The notes under the pieces: generated by a model
What the model saw: the letters and a program-made list of their open reading frames with translations, nothing else
Told to the model about the DNA's origin: nothing
Database searches by the model: none
Origin: Eledone cirrhosa
Lineage: Eukaryota
Direction of reading: 5' to 3'
DNA length: 64,000 nucleotides
Assembly: GCA_964016885.1 (NCBI GenBank)
Contig: OZ024751.1
Location: 5,642,001 to 5,706,000, forward strand
Shown here: in pieces, positions 1 through 14,655 of the stretch
Layout of the letters: every line of letters begins with the position of its first letter
Numbering within the stretch: position 1 is the first letter of the stretch
Translations under genes and position numbers: made by a program

Positions 1-910
1 AAATATATACCCACACATACACACACACATATAAATACACATACACATACAACACACGCAGATACATACATATATATGCGTACACATATGTACGCACACA
101 TGTGTAGACATACACATCCATATACATATACACACACACACTCCCTCTCTTACACATACCCACACAGCCCACAACATTATACACACCAATACACACGTCC
201 ACTGGCACCTGCCTATATCCCCCATACACCGGGTCTCACACGCACGCACACGCGCACACACGCACGCACACACACACGTACACGCATACAAAGACACATA
301 TCAGCGTTCGCGTACATCTGCACATATACACAAACACGCACAGAAATATACATAGACACACACACGCACATATACACGCCTTTCCTTATTGATAGGTACA
401 AGGACAGACACACTTCCAAAGACACAAACACACATACACACATACATACAGACATGTATATATATCTACACATATGTATATGTACACGCACATAAACATA
501 CAAACAAACCCTGCACTTTGTAGGTGCACATACACACACATACACCCCCCCCCCAGACACACACAGACACACACACACACTCACTGGCTCATATACATTC
601 CTACAAATACGCGCCCAATTACCTCCGTATCCACGTACATCCACAAAGAAGATACACGCACGCAGGTATATATATCTGTCCGTACCCCAATGTGATATAC
701 TCAGTCATATAAATCTGCACAAAACGTCATACAGGGTCATCCATGGAAGGATGCATCCTGTTATACATGCACACATATAAACCATGTAACCATACACATA
801 TATCCATACATATACATGCAGGCATACATACACACATATAAATAATTAAATAAGTAAGCAAATAGAAAAATAGAAAAAAAAATATAACAAAAAAAAATAA
901 AATAAAAGAT
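1..910 (-). mobile_element. Microsatellite-rich 3' UTR remnant of a PLE related to 32830-33660
   Basis: Seen: islands such as cactggctcatatacattcctacaaatacgcgcc and catacagggtcat...ggatgcatc are reverse-complement matches, in collinear order, to 33035-33400. Boundaries approximate. Confidence 0.6.
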
Positions 911-915
911 AAGTG

Positions 916-1059
<144 letters not shown>

Positions 1060-1384
1060 TACATATACATAACACACACATACATACACACACACACACA
1101 TACCCATAACATACATACACACCTGTACACACGCACACATACGCACCCACATATAAACGTACATACACACATACATACACATCTATAAAAAAAGCCTACA
1201 ATATATAAATATGCATTTAACGTCATACCTTAAAAGAAGTAACTTGTATTACACATGCACGGATATAAACTTTATAATCATATACATGCATCCATACACA
1301 TTCACGTACCATATATATATATATATGTGTATATACACACACATATATACACATATACACACACACATACACATATATAGATAT

Positions 1385-1995
1385 GGTGGCTGCCAATTCG
1401 TTTTCGAGTACGGCCACTACTTTATATCCATGTAGGAGAACCCCTACTGATGCGCTGAACGAGTGTGACTTTTTAGTTCAGCCAGCGTATTGAAAACTCT
1501 GGTACAAACACTACACTTGTGACAATTATTGACACATAGTGCTGGGCCCATGGTAACATGTGAGGACAAGTGCAGAGAGATCTCCAGATATAAAGCAATG
1601 CCTGTGTCGTGAAGCTTTTATAGTGAGCAAAGGCACTGCACAAAGCCAGTCCCACTCTCTTAACCAAGATGATATTTACCAACAAGAAGAACAAGTCAAC
1701 ATCATTGGATACCATCAGGGTTGCAGGTGTTATATCAGAGTTTTCCTTCTCCTAGAATTCTGCCTTGACAAAGGCTAAGGGGTCATCTCTCCCGGTGATT
1801 TTGGATGGCCATTGACTCTTAAGAGCTCCTTTGCCCTTTGACAGGTTTTGTTTTTAGAGTTGCAGGATGTCCAAAGTCACCCTCCTCACCAAGAAACCTT
1901 GGTGGGGTTGCCAGTTTAGTCGCCAACGTCCCAAACATGAGACAGGTTGTACTGGGATACATGTTACCAGTAGCACCAACTGGTGACCTGACACA
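1385..1995 (-). mobile_element. RTE-derived non-autonomous element (3' end with C2H2 zinc-finger remnant)
   Basis: Seen: reverse-complement match to 61290-61935 ([17 protein letters not shown] there). Its 3' tail resembles that of the RTE remnant at 58225. Confidence 0.65.
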
Positions 1996-2468
1996 CATAT
2001 ATATATACATTATACATACACACACACATATACACACTCATATATAAACATACATATACACACATATATACACACACACATACTTACATATATATATATA
2101 TATTTATATATATACACACATTTATACATATATATAACTCTACATGCATACACCCATATATATATATATACACGCACACATATGCACACACATGCACATA
2201 TGTAAATGTACATACACACATATTCTTACACATATACACATATAAAAACAGTAAAATAAATATACAATATACAATAAAATAAAAATATAATATACAGTAT
2301 AATAGATATAGAATAAAATAAATATATAATCCATCCAAACACATTCCCGTAACATGTACATATATATACACACACATACATACACATACATATCTATAAA
2401 TATACACACACATATCTAAACATATGTATATACATATATATATATACACACACATATCTACACATATG

Positions 2469-2529
<61 letters not shown>

Positions 2530-2583
2530 TCACACATATACATACACACACACACATACTCCCACACACACACACTCCCACAC

Positions 2584-2758
2584 AGCTAACACCCCAGTGA
2601 GAAAATTTACCCCGAAAGCATTGCATGTGTCCGAAGAACCCGCAGTTATAGAATCAGACAGATCCATACAATGATCATGTCTCGAGCTATCTGCCGGCGA
2701 AACAATTGTAACATGCAATAAACTGAGTCTAGATGCATCACTGATTTTTCGTTTTTTC

Positions 2759-2762
<4 letters not shown>
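2584..2762 (+). mobile_element. Solo PLE pseudo-LTR fragment (same family as 30300-30617, 33720-33967, 56652-56962)
   Basis: Seen: direct match to 33790-33965; ends at (TA)n. Confidence 0.85.
2626..2715 (+). ncRNA. Hammerhead ribozyme variant (U4C core, large stem II)
   Basis: tgtgt-CCGAAGA-acccgcag...ctgccggc-GAAACAATTGTA-acatg; palindromic stem III ACAATTGT. Confidence 0.55.
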
Positions 2763-2801
<39 letters not shown>

Positions 2802-2803
<2 letters not shown>

Positions 2804-3662
2804 CTCTCTTAGATAGACACTTTCCAACAGGACACAAATACAATTCCATCTTTAACAGACACAGAGTAAAATTAGGGTACTCTTGCACTAAGAATATGAA
2901 GGCCCACATCACGAACAGTCCTAAGAGCGCCACCCCACCTTTTAACAGCAATGTAACACACCCGCTGTAGTTTATGAAGTTGTGGTCACTTCCAGCCGCC
3001 CAAATCAACCACAGGAGGTCAAATCCTATGTAGGTATGGCGGAGGGCCGATTTAAGGAACGCTTCCTGAACCATCAGTCGATCTGTAGGTACACGGACAA
3101 TCGATCATCCACGAAGCTCACGAGCCACGTATGGTTCCTCAAAGACTCGGATATAGACTACTCCATTCAATAGAAAGCTATCACTAAGTCCAAGTCATAT
3201 GCATGGGGCAATTCGTCTTTTGGACTGTGTATTGAAGAAAGGATAAATATTCTAAGGAGATTACGCAGTATCGATTGCCTAAATTCATGAAATAATATCT
3301 TCTCACGTTTTCCACATGTCTGGAAACACCTCTTGCATAAATACAAATTGAATAACAACAACATTTTAATTTTCTAATCAACTCGAACATTTTATTCCGG
3401 ACATTCGCAATTGTCTCCCTTACACCTTTCGCCCGTGATTTTGTATCACTTGGGTGATGTGACCGTTTCTGAAATGCGCGTTCATACGGTTGTTCTTCCT
3501 GTTCCGTATAACCATTACCAGTCCGAGCTGAAGATCCGCATAAGGTGAAATAATTGTTCTCGGTATGGTGAACCAACTGTTGTGTACTACTTCTACCAAA
3601 CTCATCCCATGGACTGAGTGGTCTCCCATTACGGATATTACCTTCCAGTGTTCTACCGCTCT
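2802..3662 (+). mobile_element. 5'-truncated PLE (Nematis-like): linker and GIY-YIG remnant plus pLTR
   Basis: Translates LLDRHFPTGHKYNSIFNRHRVKLGYSC and YVGMAEGRFKERFLNH...STKLTSHVWFLKD, with stops. Flanked by (TA)n. 3' part matches 58001-58168. Confidence 0.85.
3523..3563 (+). ncRNA. Minimal type-I hammerhead ribozyme
   Basis: ccgag-CTGAAGA-tccgcataaggt-GAAAtaattGTT-ctcgg; stem I ccgag/ctcgg. Confidence 0.8.
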
Positions 3663-3669
3663 CTCTCTT

Positions 3670-3769
<100 letters not shown>

Positions 3770-6700
3770 GTTAGGGAAGCAGAAAATTGCTTATTGTGAT
3801 CCAGTTCGTGGTTAAGAAAGCCAGTTTCATGGACGGTTTCAACGTACGGTTAGGGGTAACTCCACAAGTTTGTAAGAATTCCGTTCAATCTTGGAGTATA
3901 AAGTATAAAAGAGAAAACACAGGTAAGCATTAAGAGAATGATTTTATCCAGGTATTTACGACCATTTCATTGGTAAGTGAAACCTTATATTGCTATACTG
4001 CAAATAGCAGCCACTCAATGAAAATTGTTGTTCACGTCCAAATTTTCAAAATAGTGAGTAAGTTACTCTTGAAATAGTTCTTAATATATTGAGAAACACA
4101 TTTTTTTGGAATTGTATTTACTAGTATACAGAGAGAGGAAGAGAAATTAGAAAGTGGGGGCGGGGGACAAACGGAATAGTATAGAGAGAGAGAGGAAGGG
4201 GGAGAAGAGTTAGGAAGTAGAGTGACAAACTGAGATGGAGGGAGGGGTAGAGGTGGAAGGATTCCTTGATCAGTTTTGATACGTAGACTTCATGTCGTCG
4301 ATTTAGAGAATTAAATTGTTCATAGTGTGAGGGATGGAGAAAGAGAGAGAGAGGGGGAGATATAAAGAGATAAATATATATATATATAAAATATAAAGAT
4401 AAAAATAATAATGATAAAAATAAAAGTAAATAAGAGGGGGGGGGGGGAGAAAAGATCGCCAAAAAGGGGAGGGAAGAAAGGAAGAAAACGAAAAGAAATA
4501 GAAAAGGAATGAAGGTGAAGGGAGGGATATAGGTATTGGTTTTTGTGGGTAATTAAAGGGGTTAGATACAATAAGAGGGTATAAAGTCTAAGTATATGCA
4601 GTTTGTCAGTTGGTAGTAAGAGGTTAAGGGGTCGATTTGCACTTATAGTGCGAAAACTTTTCTTTGAGTCTATGGTTACAATAAATTGATCTTTCGATTT
4701 TATTGTTGAGTAACTTATTCTTCGAACTCAAAATGTGGAACAGATCAAGGTCACATAATCGACAGCTTCTCATACCACTCCGATATGGGGGTGCGTTTGA
4801 TATTTTTTTCCACTTCAGGGTGTATTGATGGTTACTTTCCCTCAGTTGCCAGGTCTTGTTTGCAAGGGTAGTTACATAACGATGCTGGGAATGTTTCATT
4901 GCGTAACGGTGTGTATACCAACGGGCTTTACATGTATTCCCAGTCGCTCCGATGTAATACCATTTCTGGTTGTCTGATTCTACTGTGCATTGGTAAACCA
5001 GGTTAGACTGCATACATTCATTATGTAATCGACAGATTTCAGGTAGGTGGCAGTTATAATTCTGGTCATGGGAAACTTTGGCATTATTGGTGGGCTGCGA
5101 TGCCTGTACGTGTTACGTTTTGTTTGCCTATTAGTGGGTGGTTGTGTATTAGATATTCTGTTGTGTTCAATGGTGATTGTTATTGTTATTGTTATAAATT
5201 TGTGTTCTGGTGTTGTTATGTATCTTTTTAGCCTTAAGCATCTTAATGTGTGCCTCTATATTTGGTGCCGTGTAGTAAGATAGTCTAATAGATTTAGTGT
5301 TAAGGATTTTGCTGTATCTATGTGAATCTGGAAAGTGCTAATTTATTATCCTAAAGAAGGTAGAAGCTAGGTTAGTACTAATAGAGGTGTTAAATATATT
5401 TTCTACTGCGTGACTTGTTTGATTTCGATGTTGTATTTCTATTTACCGTATAATTTGTAGTTCTTTGCGTAAATGCGTGTGGGCGTGTGTTTCTGGAATT
5501 TGTGTTATGTGTGTTCGTGTGCGCTTTGCGGAGGCTCTCATCTATATATTCTACTCTATCTAAGTGGCCTGCCTTGTCTAGTGCGGTATTGTAGTATTCC
5601 GCATGTTCCTCGAAGATTTGTCGGTTAGACGAGAGGCGGGAGATCCTGAGGGATACGCTGCGTGGAATGGATTTAATTATGGATAGTGGGTGGTTTGAGT
5701 TACAGTTGATGTATGCTAAGTTTTCATTACTCTTGCGAAAAGGTCTTATAAGTCCCGTATTTAGGTTAAGCGTCGCGTCCAGAAAGTTAACTGTTTTAGT
5801 GCTATACTCATACGCTATGCTAAGGCCTAGTTTCCCGAGAGTCTTTCTAATATTCTTACGGAGTCTTTCTATGCTCTGGTTATTTATGTTATTAACTAGG
5901 AGAAGGGCGTCGTTTCAGTAGATACCACCGTGAAGGTCGCTAAACTCACTCTGTAAACTATGGGCTATGTAAACGCCTACTAAATATGTTACTTAAGCCG
6001 AGTCGTTAGCCCCCATCGTGATGTCAAAGTTATTTAATCTATTCTTACGTTCCCAATAGGCGTTTTCAAATTTAATTATTGTTTTCCTAGCAGCTAATAT
6101 AATTTCTATCTCGTCGCCTGTTAGGTCAGAATTGGCTTTGGCGAATGCTAAGGCTTTATCCAAGGTGTTGGGGGATATTTGAGGAGTAATAGTCGTTAAT
6201 GTCAAATTGTATAAACTTAGATACTTTTTTGTTAGCTATATTGTTAAACCACTTAATTGTTTCGGTAGTGTTACCCCATAGTTTAATCACTAGTTTATTC
6301 TTCATTTGTGCTATCACTCTGTCTAATATATGTTTACTAAATTTCCCGATGTCCGATTTGGACGGGCATATAAGTCTAATTGGAGGGGGGGGGGCTGGGT
6401 TATAATCAAAATTTACCTTGTGGTCCTTGAGATTAAATGTGGGGGTACATGGCCTATGTGTCTTACTACCGACTGACAAACTGCATATACTTAGACTTTA
6501 TACCCTCTTATTGTATCTAACCCCTTTAATTACCCACAAAAACCAATACCTATATCCCTCCCTTCTCCTTCATTCCTTTTCTATTTCTTTTCGTTTTCTT
6601 CCTTTATTCCCTCCCCTTTTTGGCTATCTTTTCTTTTCTACTTTCTCCCCCCCCCCCCCCCTTCTTTACTTTTATTTTTATCATTATTATTTTTATCTTT

Positions 6701-7180
6701 ATTTTATATATATATATATATATATATATTTATCTGTTTATATCTCCCCCCTCTCTCCATCTATGAACAATTTAATTCTCTTTATCGACGACATGAAGTT
6801 TACGTATCAAAACTGATCAAAGAATCCTTCCACCTCTACCCCTCCCTCCATCTCAGTTTGTCATTCTACTTCCTAACTTTTCTCCCCCTTCCTCTCTCTC
6901 TATAATATTCCGTTTGTCCCCCGCCCCCACTTTCTAATTCCTCTTCCTCTCTCTCTATACTAGTAAATACAATTCCAAAAAAATGTTTTTCTCTATATAT
7001 TAAGAACTATTTCATGAGTAACTTACTCACTATTTTGAAAATTTGGACGTGAACAACAATTATCATTGAGTGGCTGCTATTTGCAGTATAGCAATATAAG
7101 GTTGCACTTACCAATGAAACGGTCGTAAATACCTGGATAAAATCCTTCTCTTAATGCTTACCTGTGTTTTCTATTTTATA
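3770..7180 (-). mobile_element. PLE (Nematis-like), 5'-truncated, with ~710-bp inverted pseudo-LTRs (3903-4620 and 6462-7180)
   Basis: Seen: long inverted repeat; the left arm has an extra ~130-nt tail (3770-3903); both ends abut (TA)n; RT and EN remnants inside. Confidence 0.9.
4624..6461 (-). pseudogene. PLE reverse transcriptase + GIY-YIG endonuclease, disrupted
   Basis: Motifs FIQFDINDYY, FDITMGANDSA, GIY*NDAL (decayed YRDD), YINCNSNHP, LVYQCTV...YYIGATGNTCKARWYTH...CRLCDL; stops and frameshifts. Confidence 0.9.
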
Positions 7181-7756
7181 TTATATATATATATACATAA
7201 GCCCCACCACCAGCACCACCAGCACTCCCAAAACTTTAATGGATGCTCTGGTGTTACGTGAAATCTCCCTGAAAATTACGTAATAGATACATATATCTGT
7301 AGAATACTTGACCATTTGCATTTGATTTTCACAAGCTGGATATTCTAAGAACCTTTAGTTATAAATATGATATTATCTGTTTTGCGTAAATGTCAGCGTG
7401 TGAATATTGTTAGTGTATGTGTGTGTGAGTGTTTGTGAGTGTGTGAACATGTATAAGTGTGTATGCATTGGAGTGTGCATATGTGTGTGTTCAGTATTTT
7501 TATCCTTGCAAATACCAAAGATAAGCAACTATTGTAGTAGCGCCCCACTCACTTAAGCACCTTATAACGTAAATGGAATATTAAGTACTTCCAACTGCAA
7601 ATACCACAAGAAAACAACAAAACGAATAAACAATTACCCCCTCTGGCACAATCAAACGACCAATAGAACATTGAGAACAGGAAGGACAGAAATAGAAATA
7701 TAGATACAACAGACATGATTGAAATAAATTACATTTACCTGAATGTTTAGATATAT

Positions 7757-8062
7757 ACGAGATTAGGCTGAAATGTTCATAAGCTGACTATGATTCTAAA
7801 GCTGTGAAATCATGCATGCGTTAGTTGCAAATCTGCATTGTTTCTTTCCAGGGACTATGTTGAAAACTAAAACCTCATTTAGTAATTCCATGCGAGTATT
7901 TTGGTCAGCCTATGAAGGAGGGATGCTAGAGCTATGAAATCTTGCGTGCATTAAATTCAACTCTTCTTATTTCGTGCATTAATTTCAACTGCGCTGATTT
8001 TTTTCCAGGGACGATGTTGAAAAATAAACCTCATTTGGTCAACCTATTAATTTTTCCGCCTA
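7757..8062. mobile_element. Decayed mariner-type MITE
   Basis: Starts tacgagattaggctgaaatgttcataagctgac, similar to the TIR of 20960-21161 and 53177-53316. Confidence 0.55.
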
Positions 8063-8109
8063 TTATGTGTTATATATAGAATGAATTCACAAATAAGTTT
8101 TAAAACTAG

Positions 8110-8702
8110 AAATGTAGTCTATAGCATAAGATATAAAGAGGGTACTTGCAGAAACATGACAATGACAAACATAGAGACAGCTCAGAGCATAGGTAAGAGA
8201 TTATATTAACACTGAGATGATCTAAAAGGACAAAAAGACGGTTCGGTAGTATATGAATACGATAGACGAAGAAATGATAGTAATATAGACAATATATAAA
8301 TTGAGATAATATCTAAACATAGAAATGACTCAACAGGTAGACACATCAGAGAAGCAACTGAAATAGAACTACCAAAGTTGAACAGAAAAATGAATGAAAT
8401 AACAACAACCATACACAAACACACAATAGTGACTTAAGATAAATATAAATAAATATACACAGGTACAATAACAACAATCACACATAAACATACACTAGTG
8501 AGTAAAGATAGAATACCAACACACACAGACTCAAACACGAACATACACCAAAGAGAAAAAACACACACAAACGCATGCGCAAACAGAGACAAGACTAAAA
8601 AAAACAAAATATGGAATAAATAGAAAATAGAATATACATTGCAATACAACGGGAGGAAACATAATACGGCTACTGATGATAGGTGTGTGATGAAAGAATG
8701 AT

Positions 8703-8710
<8 letters not shown>
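8110..8710 (+). mobile_element. Degenerate Naiad-like PLE GIY-YIG fragment and 3' UTR
   Basis: Translates ETAQSIGKRL..H..DLKGQKDGSVVY...IEIISKHRNDSTGRHIREATEI.LPKLNRK, parallel to the 19248-19480 peptide. Confidence 0.6.
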
Positions 8711-8749
<39 letters not shown>

Positions 8750-8752
<3 letters not shown>

Positions 8753-8965
8753 TAAGTATGTTTTGAAACAGTGAGCAGGGGTTGAAATTAGAAAATAGAA
8801 TAGCTTTCACCGTATTTTTGACGAAATAAATTTTAGCCTGATAATGGGTTTAGAACCCTCAGATAAATGGAAAAAGATGAGTACATCAATATTCATCTTT
8901 TTCCATTTATCTGAGGGTTCTAAACCCCATTATCAGGCTAAAATTTCTCTCGTCAAAAATACGGT
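8750..8965. mobile_element. Asymmetric inverted-repeat element in (TA)n (family shared with 29876-30058)
   Basis: Arms 8809-8880 and 8893-8965 nearly perfectly complementary; left arm has a ~55-nt unpaired tail. Confidence 0.8.
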
Positions 8966-9180
8966 AAAATATATATATATATATATATTTTTTTTTTTTA
9001 ATCGTTGGTCAATCAATGATAAACATTGATTGCCAGCTAAATTAACTATGGAGATATAAAATATACAGAAACGAAAACCAATCCAAACCAAAGAGTGAGT
9101 ATGTTTAATTATTATTTCTGGCAATATTATAACAATATGACCCGCCCTAAATATAACAATATATATATGTATATATATAT

Positions 9181-9544
9181 ATTTATTAAAATAACAGATT
9201 AAAGTTTAAGCAAAGAATCGCTGCTTTCTCCCTTAACGGGATCTTCTGAAACTAAAAAGATTAATCTGTTAATGCAGAAGTAAATATTTCGAGAAACGTT
9301 GCAACCGAAGGAAGGCAGGAAGACGATACTTTGGTTTGTGGAGACGTTCCCTGGCAAAGAACGGAAAAAAACGAAGATAATTTTTTAGTTTCAGAAGATC
9401 CCGTTAAGGGTGAAAGCAGCGATTCTTTGCTTAAACTTTAATCGGTCATTTTAATAAACATTTGCTCTACGGTTCTTATATATTTGATATATATTTATCC
9501 TTATCGAGCCTTCTTTGGATTTTAGTCTTCAAATTTATTATTAT

Positions 9545-9548
<4 letters not shown>
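9181..9548. mobile_element. Asymmetric inverted-repeat element with degenerate HHR-like core (family shared with 44461-44622)
   Basis: Arms 9182-9262 and ~9378-9459; tail to 9548; CAGAAGA-tcccgttaagggt-GAAA core lacks a paired stem I. Confidence 0.75.
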
Positions 9549-9640
<92 letters not shown>

Positions 9641-10938
9641 CCGTGCGTGTGTATGTATGTGTGCACGAATGAAACAATAATTTCTATTTTTATGTATATT
9701 TTGAGATGTATATTTTCCTTTCTGGTTTAAGAATCATAGGTTTAAGAATCATCATCATTTAAAACAAATGAATAAGTGTATTAAAGAATTTCAGAATTAT
9801 CATTTTGTTTTGAGGAAAGTTTCATTGAAATGTGGGCCTAATGCAGTTTCATTTTCGTTGAATAACATTCTAAATGGATGACTATAGATAATTACCGCTT
9901 ATCTAATCAGAATAAAGTAAAGTCAATACATGTATATATTGAATGTTTTAGATATCTTTTGATATAAAACGAATATTCCTTTGTTTCGTATGGCTTCAAA
10001 AGGAAATGAAGGCATAAAATAGAGGTTTAAAGATAATCCACCATTAAATTACCGATGGAGATAACATGGAGGGTAATAAATGAATCTGATAGACTTTTGA
10101 AATGTTTTTTATCAGTATAACTTATCCAGATGGAGTTGGTGAGGTAAGCGACAAAGCTTCTGACGAATTAACATACTAACTGAAAATTATTCAAATACTC
10201 TATCTTTTTTTATATGTATACAAAATAATACAAAAGGACAACAACAACAACGAAACACAAAGAAACAGACGAACAAACAAACAAAAATCAACAACATCGG
10301 CGACATAGAGCTATATCCTTTAATGATAAACATTAGAGTTAATCAGTAAACTTTACGTAAAATAGATGCTGAGGAAAAACGAGGTTAATGATGATTCTAT
10401 TCATGAACATTCTCCCAAAATTATGCCCTAAAACGTTTGAATGTATCACAAAGTAAACTATTCGGAATTATAAATAGATTTCCAATACACAAATCGATTT
10501 AATCGATATTCTCTTAGTATGTCTTACACCGCTGTAATACCATGATTCCTAAAATTCATCAAATATTTTCCACATCAAAGACGTCAATATTGTTCATTAA
10601 CTTCCTACCTTATTCTTCTTATTTTATTTTAATAGATGATGTTTTAGAAGCTATATAATTATAGGAGCCAGTAATAATATCACACAGCGAGCATTTCAAA
10701 CAATTCTATTGCTAAACCTCGTGTTGTTTCATAAACAAAAATATACAAATTCACACCACGTTACATACAGGTGTAGACGTGGTAAAGATTATAGAAATAT
10801 ATGAATACATAAGTGAATATGTAACAAGTAAACAAGCATACATGTATACATATATGCTACACATACACACACACATATATATATTTATTTATATATGTAT
10901 ATGAATATATATATATACTATATACATATGTGTATATA

Positions 10939-11030
<92 letters not shown>

Positions 11031-11054
11031 CTATATATATGTTATATATATATA

Positions 11055-11100
<46 letters not shown>

Positions 11101-11344
11101 TGTTTGTGTGTGTGAGTGTGTGTGTGTATTTATACAAAAAGACTTGCATACATACATGTTATAAATATATTTTTTATACATAAATACACAAAGGTATACA
11201 CATATGTGTACATAAATTCATAATCCAATCCTTATACAGTCTCATACATAATCATATATGAGCGCACACATGGGCCTGAACACGTGTTTACATGTTTGAG
11301 TATGTATTTATACATTCAGGTTGAAATAAATAATTAATAAACAT

Positions 11345-14300
11345 GCAGAGACACGAATGAAACGATGGTAGGCACACCTAGAGACACCAATGAAACGATA
11401 GGCACACACAGAGACACGAATGAAATGGTAGGTACACACAGAGACACGAATGAAACGATAGGCACACATAGAGACACGAATGAAACGATAGGCACACATA
11501 GAGACACGAATGAAACGATGGTAGGCACACATAGAGAGACGAATGAAATAGTAAGTACACATAGAGACACGAATGAAATGGTAGGCACACATAGAGACAC
11601 GAATGAAACGATGGGCACACATAGAGAGACGAATGAAATAGTAGGCACACATAGAGACACGAATAAAACGATGGTAGGCACACATAGAGAGACGAATGAA
11701 ATAGTAGGCACACCTAGAGAGAGGAATGAAATAGTAGGCACACATAGAGACACGAATGAAACGATGGGCACACATAGAGAGACGAATGAAATAGTAGGCA
11801 CACATAGAGACACGAATAAAACGATGGTCAAACATAGAGACACGAATGAAATAGTAGGCACACATAGAGACACGAATGAAATGGTAGGCAAACATAGAAA
11901 CACGGATGAAATAGTAGGCACACATAGAGACACGAATGAAATGGTAGGTACACATAGAGACACGATTAAATGGTAGGTACACATAGAGACACGATTAAAT
12001 GGTAGGTACACATAGAGACATGAATGAAACGATAGGCACACATAGAGACACGAATAAAACGATCGTCAATCATAGAGAGACGAATGAAATGGTAGGTACA
12101 CATAGAGACACGAATGAAATGGTAGGTACACATAGAGACACGAATGAAACGATAGGCACATATACAGACACGAATGAAATGGTAGGCACACATAGAGACA
12201 TGAATGAAACGATGGGCACACATAGACACACGAATGAAACGATGGGCACACATAGACACACGAATGAAATGGTAGCACACATAGAGACACGAATGAAATA
12301 GTAGGCAGACATAGACACACGAATGAAATGGTAGGCACACATAGAGACACGGATGAACGATGGGCACACATAGACACACGAATGAAATGGTAGCACATAT
12401 AGAGACACGAATGAAACGGTAGGCACACATAGAGACACGAATGAAACGATGGGCACACATAGAGAGACGAATGAAATAGTAGGCACACATAGAGACACGA
12501 ATGAAATGGTAGGCACACACAGAGACACGAATGAAATAGTAGGCACACATAGAGACACGAATGAAATGGTAGGCACACATAGAGACACGAATGAAACGGT
12601 AGGCGCACATAGAGACACGAATGAAACGGTAGCCACACATAGAGACACGAATGAAACGATGGGCACACATAGAGAGACGAATGAAACGATGGGCAAACAT
12701 AGAGACAGGAATGAAATAGTAGTCCCACATAGAGACACGAATGAAACGATGGGCACACATAGACACACGAGTGAAACGATGGGCAAACATAGAGACAGGA
12801 ATGAAATAGTAGTCCCACATAGAGACACGAATGGGCACACATAGACACACGAGTGAAACGATGGGCACACATAGAGACACGAATGAAATGGTAGGGACGC
12901 ATAGAGACACGAATGAAACGATAGGCACATATAGAGACACGAATGAAATGGTAGGCACACATAGTGACACGAATGAAACGATGGACACACATAGAGAGAT
13001 GAATGACATGGTAGGCACACATAGAGACACGAATGAAATGGTAGGACACATAGAGACACGGATGAAACGGTAGGCACACATAGAGACACGAATGAAACGA
13101 TGGGCACACATAGAGACACGAATGAAATAGTAGGTACACATAGAGACACGAATGAAACGGTAGGACACATAGAGACACGGATGAAACGGTAGGCACACAT
13201 AGAGACACGAATGAAACGATGGGCACACATAGACACACGAATGAAATGGTAGGCACACATAGAGACACGAATGAAACGATGGGCACACATATAGAGACGA
13301 ATGAAATAGTAGGCACACATTGAGACACGAATGAAACGGTAGCACACGTAGAGACACGGATGAAATGATGGGCACACATAGACACACGAATGAAATGGTA
13401 GCACACATAGAGACACGAATGAAATGGTAGGCACACATAGAGACACGAATGCAAAGGTAGGCACACATAGAGACACGAATGAAACGATAGGCACATATAG
13501 AGACACGAATGAAATGGTAGGCACACATAGTGACACGAATGAAACGATGGACACACATAGAGAGATGAATGAAATGGTAGGCACACATAGAGACACGAAT
13601 GAAACGGTAGGTACACATAGAGACACGAATGAAATGGTAGGCACACATAGAGACACGAATGAAATGGTAGGTACACATGGAGACACGAATGAAATGGTAG
13701 GCACACATAGAGACACGGATGAAACTATGGCCACACATAGACACACGAATGAAATGGTAGCACACATAGAGACACGAATGAAATAGTAGGCATACATAGA
13801 GACACGAATGAAACGGTAGGCGCACATAGAGAAACGAATGAAACGGTAGGCACACATAGAGACATGAATGAAACGATGGGCACACATAGAGAGACGAATG
13901 AAATAGTTGGCACACATTGAGACACGAATGAAACGGTAGGCACACATAGAGACACGGATGAAATGATGGGCACACATAGACACACGAATGAAATGGTAGC
14001 ACACATAGAGACACGAATGAAATGGTAGGCACACATAGAGACACGAATGAAACGATGGGCACACATAGAGAGACGAATGAAATAGTAGGCACACATAGAG
14101 ACACGAATGAAATGGTAGCACACACAGAGACACGAATGAAATAGTTGGCACACATAGAGACACGAATGAAAAGGTAGGCACATATAGAGACACGAAAGAA
14201 CCGGTAGGCACACATAGAGACACGAATACAATGGTAGGTACACATGGAGACACGAATGAAATGGTAGGCACACATAGAGACACGAATGAAACGGTAGGCG

Positions 14301-14655
14301 CACATAGAGACACGAATGAAACGGAAGGCACACATAGAGACACGAATGAAACGATGGGCACACATAGAGAGACGAATGAAACGATGGGCAAACATAGAGA
14401 CAGGAATGAAATAGTAGTCACACATAGAGACACGAATGAAACGATGGGCACACATAGACACACGAATGAAAAAATGGGCACACATAGAGACACGAATGAA
14501 ATGGTAGGCACACGAATGAAATGGTAGACACGAATGAAACGATAGGCACATATAGATACACGAATGAAATAGTAGGGACACATAGAGACACGAATGAAAC
14601 GGTAGGCACACATAGAGACACGAATGAAACGATAGGCACACATAGAGACACGAAT
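11345..14655. repeat. ~30-bp minisatellite, roughly 110 units (consensus gaatgaaatggtaggcacacatagagacac)
   Basis: Seen directly; units mostly 29-33 bp. A unit length divisible by 3 explains the long repetitive ORFs. Confidence 0.97.

Noticed and set aside
8670-8707. cta-CTGATGA...GAAA hammerhead
   Set aside because: No stem II pairing and no UH cleavage site.
8809-8965. miRNA precursors or DNA-transposon TIRs for the many hairpins
   Set aside because: Arm lengths vary between copies, the arms are asymmetric, and several match PLE pLTRs, so retro-insertion explains them better.
9390-9425. CAGAAGA-core hammerhead as an active ribozyme (also 9220 and 44590)
   Set aside because: U4A and no stem I pairing; kept only as a degenerate motif.
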